Origin: Phoronis australis
Lineage: Eukaryota; Animalia; Phoronida
Reading direction: 5' to 3'
Assembly: GCA_002633005.1 (NCBI GenBank)
Contig: NMRA01000426.1
Location: 333,254-397,253 of the forward strand
DNA: 64,000 nt
The notes beneath the pieces are model-generated. The model was not told the origin of the DNA. It did no database searches and was given only the letters and a program-made list of their open reading frames with translations. The number at the start of each line of letters is the position of its first letter. Position 1 is the first letter of the stretch. The position numbers were made by a program, and so were the translations under genes. Shown here one piece after another: positions 54,401 through 64,000 of this stretch.

Positions 54401-54938
54401 AAAATATATATATATATTGAAAAATCCTGAAATGAGCAGCAATTAATTATATCTGTCAGATCATCAATTTTTCTCAAGTGATACACAATTCGAGAAAAAA
54501 GCGACAGTTGTCTCCGTTATTCCTTTCCAGATAGGGGCCTGTGATTTTCCAGTCGTAAAATTGACTTACTGAATTTAAAAATCCAGAAAATTCAATACGC
54601 TCTGCAAAAGCTTCCCTTTATATTTTCTTTCGATTTTTCGGAATATATGCATGAATCATTAAGTTCACGTTTTCAAGTGCGTTTAGACGACCAGTGTTGC
54701 GAAAGCGGAGACCCCAACAAAGTGGCCAGGGTCTTCAAAAGGTAAATTATGCATTGATACAGACTTGTTAAATGTTCTCTAGAATTTTCTCTCTTATCTG
54801 CATTGAGCAGTCGTCCTTTCCTGTGTCCACGCCCCACGCGTATGTCGGTTGCCACGGTTTAACCCTGACCCCTGAAAATGTTTGGGGGGCCCATGCCCCC
54901 CCCCCCCCCCCCCGGCTCTCCGCTTCCTACGACGCTTG
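51405..54938. mobile_element. 3.5-kb hAT-like non-autonomous element with nested fragments
   Basis: Left end CAGGCCCGTAGGAAG followed by poly-G, right end poly-C followed by CTTCCTACGACGCTTG, flanked by CGTTT on both sides. Confidence 0.7.
53290..53685 (+). mobile_element. RTE-X-like LINE 3' fragment
   Basis: LRCSNHRLQVEVSR...RLCLICNDGLVEDEYHF.C..Y, the C-terminal zinc-finger motif, followed by aataaa. Confidence 0.75.
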
Positions 54939-56257
54939 CGTTTCAGTGTAAATGTTGAGATTCACCGACTTAGATTCTCAGTCGATCGCCGGCCTCACTA
55001 GAAAACATTTGAAATGGGACTTTAGCCATTGTGGACAAAACTGGTCCGCTAAACTAAAATGTATCTTCAATGTGCAATCTGAATAATGATTTCTACTCTA
55101 AGTCTTTCTGTGATACTAAAGCATGAATTCTACTGTTCAGCATTGGCAAGTGACTGAGGAGGCGCCGGGCCGGGACTAAACTTTTACACGACATTTAAGG
55201 AAAATTCAAAACTGAGAAATATGCATACTCTTGTTTTCCTTGAGAAAGAAGGTATTTATTTTGTGAGTTTAGAATTTGTATTCTTCCATTGGAGATAGAG
55301 GTTGAAAGGTAGTGAACCAGACGAGGCTATGTCGCTCGGCGGTTGGCTTATTGTGATCTCTCACTGAATGCCGGACCTGTATATAGAACATGAACTTCAT
55401 TTGACACTGCACTCTATATCACGACTTACCAAAAAAAAAAATAACTTGCATTCCACTGTTTGATTTTTTTTTTCTGATGCAGTAAGCTTAGTTTCTTTGT
55501 TCAGGTATAGCGGCTGTTTTTCACTGTGACGTACTTGGCAGCAGAAGAAGTTGTATATTTAAAAGTGATACGTGTAATTTAAATTTAAACACTAAAGTCA
55601 GACCAGCCCATTGGACTTGCAAGTCACTGATTACACAATAGTACATAAATACCCCTTGATCATGCCGCACTTCACATGAGCTGCTGATGCGGAGGGTGCG
55701 TACTCCTACTTTTGCCACAATTACTTGTGTTTTGGAGTCATTATATCATATAGCAATATTGACCGCCTCCGAAACGGTTAATAACACAACTTTGGGGTCT
55801 TAATGATAACCAAGATGTTGACATATGTGGAAGTCAGTAATTGAATGGTATATACGGAAATCACATTTTCCCTTAGCCCTGAGTCGAAAGTCTTTGGGGT
55901 CAAAACAATTGTCTGTGTTGTTTACTAAAGAGGTCACTTAGGCCTACTTCTAAAAATCCAGCTGGCGCTGCGTGCAGAAGCACCATGAAGTCCACGTTGC
56001 GCACACGGTTAATATTGTGAAGTCTCTAGTGGTACGTATATTTTGTCATGTGGTGATATATAGACTAGCCTGTTTTCAGATTGGTAGTTTCCAACTAGGA
56101 CCACAAAACACTTTTACGGTAGCCAGTGTTACAAAAACTCCTCACTGAGGACCTCAGGCTCAGTTAGACGCTGGAGTCGACCAGTCAGTGACTGAGCCTG
56201 AGGCACTCCGGTCGTGCTGACCACGCTGAGAAGAGGTTGTGCATTCAGAAAAACACG

Positions 56258-56490
56258 GCGTGGAATTGTCGTGAGGACTTGCCTGGGACCTCAGGAGTCT
56301 CACGCTCCACCTGCTTACATTTAATTTGAAAAGGTTTTGTCCAGTCACAGGTTGTCTGGGTCATAAATGGAGATAATGCAAGTCGTGTTACTTCAATGAG
56401 CTCTTATCATCACAAACCATCAGCTTTACGGGCAAAAAAAATGTAATCAGCTAATAGATATGTGCATGGTTCTCTGTTGATCCCAGACCA
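56258..56490 (+). mobile_element. Family B repeat, truncated copy
   Basis: Shares ttgtcgtgaggact..gggacctcagg..tctcacgctccacc..taatttgaaaagg..gatcccagacc with 7795-8064. Confidence 0.65.
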
Positions 56491-59169
56491 TTGGGTGTGG
56501 GAGCTGGTGGTAGTGATATAAAACATGCCAAGGCAGAATGGTTTTACCTTATCAGACATCTGTCAACACACCATGTGATAGAGGAAACAGGAATCACCTG
56601 CAGGTGAACACTTCGACTACTGAGAAGGTCAGGTGTAGGCCTGATGCTCGACTATCATCCAATGATGTCATTTCTACAGAGTGCATCCACAGTCTCCTCA
56701 GTTGAAGCACCAACACCAAATGAATCATGTAGGCATGAAGGCTCACATCAGAAATCGCAATACATCCTGAAAATCAACATGTTGAGATTGTCCAACCCCA
56801 TTCTCCTAGATATAGATCAGTTCCTGGGACAAATAAGCCAATTAAATAAAATTTAGAAGTTTTATTTTCCAAACTAGCATTGGGTCTCACTTGCTGTGTA
56901 ATTGTGCATCTATAGTCAGTAGATAGTTCGTGTTATTCTGTTCGTTTTTAGCACTCACTTATTTATAGGTAGATGCATATTGCCATCATCGCTCTCCAAG
57001 CATCTGGTATCCCCGGCTGTGTCTCCTAAACAGGGCCCTTGCAAGAACTTATTTAAATGTGGCAGGTGTGTTCCTATGTGACTGACAACAGATGATGAGT
57101 TTTGGACCAACCCGATTACCGGCAGTGTATTACTTAGTGGCAATTTATTTTTTACGTTTGCCTCTACGTCTTTGGAGTTCCTTCGTGGATTTTCATAAAT
57201 TTTTGCAAATAGGTTTTTGATGTGGAGGCGATGATGTCATTTCATTTTCGGACGGATTTGATGAATTTTAAGTCACTTTGTGGACATTTTTGTTATTTTT
57301 GCTTCTATTTCCTGGAGTCCGCCTCTCTATCTGCCATGCTGCTCAAAGGAGCGTTCAAAAATTTACTGACGTTTTGCTGATGAGAAGGCCACAACTGAGG
57401 TTGACTTTCGGATGGGTCTGACTACTGTGTCGCCTCCTAGTGACAAGTTTATTTTTTGCATCTGCCGTCGAATATCCTTAACCCTTTTAATGAGTTTTGT
57501 CAAATTTGAAAGATGTATTCCTTATGGAGCCATTGACACATGTAAATGAGTGTCAAACTGATCTAGAAACTACTGTGCACCCTTAAGTAGCGAAATGTTT
57601 TTTATGTTTACCTCTATATCGTTGGAGTTCATGAACGCATTTTCATGAAATTCGACACATTGGTTTCTGTTATAGAGTCCACAATGCCTACCAATTTTCG
57701 ATAGATTTGATGTTGTCTGCGCTATCTGGTGGCCATTAACAAATTTTCGCATGTGTTTTTGACATAAGTTTGCCTCTGTATCTGCCAAACCACGCACAAG
57801 ATGATTATGAATTGACGGCTGTGTTCCTGATGCAAGGACCCTGTCTGATGTTGATATCAGGATGTTTTTGACTATCAATCTGGTGTCCTTTAGGGCAATT
57901 TTGGCTTCTTTTTATGAAATTTGGCAAAATAGTTGTGTTTTACAGAGAAGACACCACTTTCTCTATTCAGATTGGATTTCACTGTTAGGTACTTGTCTAG
58001 TTTTTTTAGTTGAATTGTCATTACGTATTTAGGACCCGAATAGGCTGAAACAATGTTGTATGACCTGCAGTGGGTGGAGTCATTAGATTGTCCTAGCACT
58101 GCATGAGCACTCCAATATGAGGAATACTCTGGATTGGGTCATCCTACTGGTGCCTGTAAGGCTCGCTGAAGTTAAGGTGTGTGATTCTGATTAAAACAAA
58201 GATGGTTGCCTTAAGTACATTTAAGGCCTTTGTAGGTTTGATTGAGAAATTTGAAAAATCATTGTTTCTGTCAGTTTCCTGGTAGCTTGAGTGTAACGTT
58301 CCAGAGGTATCGTTCTGTTTCAGTTGGGGACAGGTGCAGCCCAAACCTCTACACACAATGTCTTATCCTCATTCAAGCTGACACAAAATGTGAGTTGATC
58401 CAATAACAACAATATTATGAATTGATATACTACTGAAGATGAGAGGCGTTCCAACTTCATACCGTAATCGTTCGGGTTAACGCCCATGCTCAGTTAACCG
58501 CCCACCCCTACTTTAGGTGGATTTTCGATTTAACACGAGACTCTGGCTGGCGACTGACTGCCGCGAAGTCGACATCGGCGAGTGCCTCAGTTAACAGGCA
58601 TCGGTTGAATAGGCATGGAATAATCGTTAAAATTATCACAAACCTTAACTTTGTATGAGGTCGTGCTTACTTCCCCTCATAGAAGCACCCTTTTTACGCA
58701 ATCTCGGATTCAGTTGGCACGGCTGCAAGCCATTTCACCATGTATTTAAAGGGCTCGCGAAATCGAGGCTGTTAATCTATCACCACTAGTACACGCACGC
58801 CCTCTAGTTATTGCAGATTTACCGAATAGCCCCATTGTAAATTGCTGAAATTTGTGAGCGAGAAGACCACTTTCTTTGACGAAAGTTTTTTGAGCAAATA
58901 AAAACAAAATATCATAACAACGATTGCTGGCGGCCAGTGAACGCTTAGTGAAAAGCATTGTGGGTAAAACTTATAGCACAACAATGGGAGATAACTTCAC
59001 ATGGGAGATAACTTCTTTGTTTAAACACAAAACTATACAACTATGATGCAAATATTTCAACACTCCCACTTAGCTGCAGTGTTTAAAAAAATAACCTATA
59101 CAACTCATACAAACAGTTAACTTGCATTCAACTAACACCTAACTTGTTACGCAGTGATTCAAGACGATC

Positions 59170-62100
59170 TCAAGGCAAAGGTAATGTTAGTGAATCAGCT
59201 AACATAAGTTTGGTAGAACAATAAGCAGTTTTGATAATATGCTCTTTTCCTATTTTCTTGCGGATGTAATGAAACCTTAAATTCATATGTTTACTTCGCT
59301 TAGGTGTTCCAGTATTGTTTGCAATACAAATAGCAGCTTGATTGTCCTTATACAGAGTAAGACATTTGGAACCTTGTTGTGTTAAGTCTAGAAATAACTG
59401 ACGTAACCATGCTGCTTCATGAGCAGCTTCATAAGCAACAATATATAGGGCCATTTGCATACATAAATATTGCACCTGTGGAGTGCTGTGTTTCATAATC
59501 GGCCAACTCGAATCTGAGTAGCCAACAGGAGACGTTTTTGACTTAGAATAAACTATGCCATAATCTAAAGTACCTTTCAAGTACCGCAGTATGCGTTTAG
59601 ACGCACTAAGATGAGTTTGCATGGGTGCAGAGCTGAATCGACCAAGAACCCTTACCGCATATGCTATATCAGGTCGTGTAGCAGTAGACAGATGCAATAG
59701 ACTACCTACAATTGACTGATACAAAGTCTTGTCAACAGATTTACTGCCATCATTTTTAACAAGTTTAACATCTGTAGCCATTGGTGTACTCACAGGATTA
59801 CAATCACTCATGTTATACTTCTTAAGTATCTGTTCAACATAGTGCATTTGACTAAGTTTCATTGACTCTTCAGTGAATGAAACACTGATTCCTAGACAGT
59901 AATGTAACTGACATAAGTCTTTCATCTTAAGCCTAGAACTCAAAGCAGTCTGGATTTCACTCATTGACACTTCATTGTCACTAAGGATAACAATGTCATA
60001 TACAGTACATAGACAGAGAGTATGGCTTTGACACCATTAACTCCTCTAATATATATGCACTGATCAGCATTTGACTGTGTAAATTCTAATGACTTTAAGT
60101 ATTCATCAAACACCTGCATCTAGGAGAGTGTTTGAGACCATACAATGAACGGATAAGTTTGCAAACCAGATTTTCTTCACCTGTAGACACAAATCCCTCT
60201 GGTTGAGTCATATAGATTTCTTCATCTAATTTACCATTTAGAAATGCTGTTCTACATCCATTTGATGTATCAACATATTTTGACTGAACCCATAAGCAAG
60301 TAGTGCACTAAGTGACGACTTATGAACCACTGGTGCGAATGTTTCATCATAATCAATACTTTGCTCTTGCGTGAAACCGCGAGCAACCAGCCTACAGTAG
60401 CTTTAAACCTATCAACTGACCCATCCGACTTGGTTTTTACTTTGAAGACCCATTTGCAACGAATTGCCTTACGACCAGGGGGTATTGGGACTATTTCCCA
60501 AGTTTCATTTTCCACAAGTGATTCGTACCCCTCATTTGCAGCAAATTGCCATTGTGAAGTTTGAGGACTCTTCAATGCTTCTTTAAAGGTTAAAGGTTCA
60601 ACTAACTCAGATATGTGTATAGCATGATGCTCAGCAACTGTACTATATTCATCATGACCATACCTCACAGGTGGCTTATGTAAGCTGACAGGACGTTTAG
60701 AGTCACTTTGCTTATCACAATCAACAGCAGGAGTCACTTCTTCAAAAGATAATTCTACAGTAAGTTTATCCTGTGTGTCTAAGACATCTTTCTCAACAGG
60801 CACTGATAAACCTAACTTACTTTCATGAAAAAGTACATCACGACGTACAACTATTTTCCTAGTCTCTGGATCATACAGCCGATAATCTTTTAACTGAATG
60901 CAATACCCTGAAAATACCATAGACTCGGCTTTTGCATCTAACTTCTGACGCAGTTCATCTGGAACATGTGCATAAGCTAACGAACCAAATACACGCATAT
61001 TACTTATGTCAGGTTTCTTACCAAACCGCATTTCATAGAGAGTCACAGACAATTGTTTAGTAGGGAACCGATTTCGAACATATACTGATGTGGCTATTGC
61101 TTCAGCCCAAAAAAACCTTGGACAACCCAGAATCGAAAATCATCGCTCTACCAGATTCACACACAGTTCTATTATATCTCTCAGCTACACCATTTTGTTG
61201 AGGTGAATACCTAACTGTTATTTGCAGTGGCGGATCTAGGATATCACAAGGGGGGCCCAACATTTTGTCCGGCTGTAAGCATTTGCGCAAACTGAACCAC
61301 GATTGTAGATGCGCATAGCACCGAGCGGTGGGAGGTCGCGAGGGGGGTTTGCCCCCCCGCTCTGGAAATTTTTCTGTTTTTACCTCTAAAAATCAAGCAT
61401 TTTCCTTGATTCCTGAAGTATTATCCAAGAAAAAAAAAAGAAAAAAAAAAACGGAGAACGTGTCAAACAGGAAAAACTGAACGCACCAAAGACTCGAAGT
61501 CATGACCTTGCTGATAGAAAGCGCGAGCGTTACCACTACACCACCACGATTTTTAGTAAGAGTATAGTAGTTAAAAATACTAAACTCTTACTAAAAGACC
61601 TACTTGTTTATGGTCCACAGCGTTTGCGCGCGAAACCTACTTCTTTTCGTAATGCTTATTAGACGTTTTATAATTTGTGCCTTGCATTCTTAACAAATTT
61701 GTCGTATTTAAAATAGTCTTCAAATGCCCAAAAGACCAAATCCGTTTGTCGTGTTGGCAATAATGACGGGATTGCTTTGGAAATCGTCTTAAGATAAGGT
61801 TTGACAAAGAGAGTATTGCGAGTTTCTGAGTGATTCAGTAAGGCTTCGATTAAAATTCATATCTTACCAGCAGCTTCTGTTTTCTCATCGTCACTCAGGT
61901 TCCATTCTCTTTAAAAAATGAAGTAAATTTTCTTCATTGCACAGTGGAGCAGACGACGAAAACGGCGTCGTAGTGCGCAGCGCCACTGCCGGCCGCCTGG
62001 GATATCGAGTGAGAGCCTATACTTAGCCATAGTTCCGTTACGAATGCGCCGTGTTCCGAATTTGACACTTGAAATTGGGGTTTGAGCCCCCCCCCCCCAA

Positions 62101-63113
62101 ACACTAAAACTGCACACATTTAAATCTTTTTTCATCCGTATAATTTTAATTACCGGGATTAAGTAATAAACTCACCATTTCCCTACGCTCTTACTGTTTT
62201 ATTTTTTTTGCGGCAGCCAAGGGGGGGGGGGAGGCCCTGCCCCCCCCTCCTAAATCCGCCTATGATTTGGTGAGATATACCACAAGATTTTAAGAAATCA
62301 ATGAATTCATTTGATACATATTCTCCTCCCCCATAAGTGCGTAACGTGCCTATCTTATACCCCATTTGATTTTCTGCCTTAGCTTTGTATTCTTTGAACA
62401 CTTAGAATACATTGTACATCACTTTTGTTAGATACAACATATACAGAAACATATCTTGTATAATCATCAATGAATGTTACAAAATTTGTACTACCACCTA
62501 GAGAGTTAGTTTGCTTTGGTCCACAGACATCTGTATGCATCAATTCCAAAGGACGTTGTGTCTTGATGAGACTAGCATTAAATGGTTTTCGGGCCGTTTT
62601 ACCCTTTATACAGGGGTCACACAGACCAACGCTTACATCAGACAGGTTAGCACCTGTTACTAAAGACTCAGCATATTTGATTTTTGCCTGCCTGGCATGA
62701 GCTAAACGTTTATGCCAAACATCGCAAGAAGCTATACAAGCTGTATGACCATTTGAGGCAATGTCTAGGTAGTACAACTTGTTCACAAGAGTACCCATTG
62801 CCTGAACCTTACCACCTTTTTCCTCTACCCAACATCGACTATGCCCAAATTGTACAATCTTACCGTGACTGGTACATGTAACTGATTTAACAGAGAAAAA
62901 CTTGTGTTTAAGTTCTGGAACATACAGAACATAATGAAATGTTACAGTTTTAGGACTTTTCTTTACCCACACAGTAACATCAATGTTTTCTTTCCCGAGC
63001 GCATCAATCATTTGACCATCCGCAATAGATACCTTCTCGACAGGCATCAAATCTGTGTATGTTTTGAAAGCCGACCGACTCGGACACACATGGCTTGTTG
63101 CACCGGAGTCCAT
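59170..63113 (-). pseudogene. pol: copia pol (PR, IN, RT, RNase H), frameshifted and interrupted
   Basis: DSGATSH (PR); WHKRLAH, CDPCIKGK, HTDVCGP, GGEY, PQQNGVAER (IN); CKWVFKVK, YQSIVGSL, TRPDIAYAV (RT); GYSD, DNQAAI, MLADSLT (RH). Confidence 0.95.
61225..62264. mobile_element. 1040-bp non-autonomous DNA transposon (hAT-like termini, 5-bp TSD) inserted in the copia integrase
   Basis: TIRs CAGTGGCGGATCTAGGA / CATAGGCGGATTTAGGA, TSD ATTTG on both sides. Removing it restores GISHQI-TVRYSPQQNG. Confidence 0.9.
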
Positions 63114-63139
63114 AAGCCACGATGACTCAGCGCCAGCAT

Positions 63140-63961
63140 TTACAACCGTACCAACAGTTTCTCGGAATCGCTTTTACGAGTGTTGTCTTCAACTTGTTTT
63201 TCTTCAGTGGCACACTTTGCTCTGTGTTGATGACCTCCTCGACCACGACCACGACCGAAACGACCACGACCGGAACCGCGACTATTTCCGCTATCAGCTC
63301 CTCTCTCGGGACAGGAATTTCGAAAGTGACCTGGATTACCATAGATGAAGCAACATCCAGCTGACTTATGTCTGTTCTCAGCTGATAAAGCTGAGTTAGA
63401 GTTAGTAGGTGATTCGTCACTCTCATTTGAGGTACGCTTTTGTTCTTCATTCAAAAGTGCGTTTGATACGAATTCCACTGTAATGTTATCTTCATGGGCT
63501 TTGAGGGCAGTGACAAGAGTAGTAAAACTTTCTGGAAGACTTCCTAACAAAATTACAACTTGGCCTTCTTCACTAACTGGAGCCTTGATAGCTGCCAGTT
63601 TATTTGTGAGATTTTTCATGTATTTCAGATGTTTTTCAATTGAATCATTCTCCTTCATAACCGTTCTGAAGTATTGCTTCTTTAGATAAAGCCTGTTTGC
63701 AACAGTGTCCCGTTCGAAATGCGTCTGTAACTTACTCCATGCTTTGATAGCTGTGTCACAGTCAGTTATTAAATATAGAAGATGATCGTACACTAATAAA
63801 ACAATGTAGCTCAACGCTTTCCTGCTTCTTGTTGTGAAGTCCTTCTTTTCTTTCTCCGAAGCACTGTCCGCCGGTGGAACTTCTGTGCCATCAATGAATC
63901 CAAACAAATCTTCAACTTCCAAGATGAATAGTTGTCCGTATTTAATTTTGTCATCTCTCAC
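63140..63961 (-). pseudogene. gag: copia gag
   Basis: AWSKLQTHFERDT, ILLGSLPESF, LLNEE motifs and a degenerate zinc knuckle CFIYGNPGHFRNSC. Confidence 0.92.
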
Positions 63962-64000
63962 TTGTCACCCATAGGTTAGATGCGATCTGGGACCATAACC

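Larger units (their letters stand above)
59000..64000 (-). mobile_element. Degenerate Ty1/copia LTR retrotransposon; the 5' LTR lies outside the window
   Basis: Domain order gag-PR-IN-RT-RH. PBS GGTTATGGTCCCAG at 64000-63987. PPT AAGTGGGAG then TGTTG (3' LTR start at 59062). Several frameshifts. The far end of the 3' LTR is unresolved. Confidence 0.97.

Noticed and set aside
55500-57150. Possible decayed exons on the minus strand
   Set aside because: Donor-like sites are present but there is no consistent frame or recognisable motif.
58460-58960. Complete copia 3' LTR or a pogo-like MITE starting taCCGTA
   Set aside because: No matching LTR end or second TIR could be located, so boundaries are unsupported.

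Overview
AT-rich, repeat-dense animal genomic DNA with two assembly gaps. An invertebrate deuterostome such as a hemichordate or echinoderm is my inference only. Most ORFs in the supplied track are spurious. What the sequence supports: (1) A complete 7-coding-exon minus-strand gene (41759 to 22118), assembled by hand from GT-AG sites with matching phases. It encodes a 395-aa type-I membrane protein (signal peptide-CUB-sushi/CCP-stalk-TM-Tyr-motif tail) and is preceded by a uORF whose stop overlaps the start (TGATG). (2) Two isolated, in-phase Calx-beta (ADGRV1-like) exons next to a gap. (3) A degenerate Ty1/copia element with a Drosophila-copia-type PBS, whose integrase is split by a DNA element. 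(4) Relics of an Academ (XPG-type) transposon, a hAT transposase, a Gypsy RT and CR1 and RTE-X-like LINEs. (5) Four CA-initiated DNA elements with 5- or 6-bp TSDs, hairpin-ended HINE/Helitron-like repeats, a back-to-back double palindrome and many minisatellites. I found no clearly new multi-gene system. The best leads are the compact receptor gene and the transposon-end architectures.
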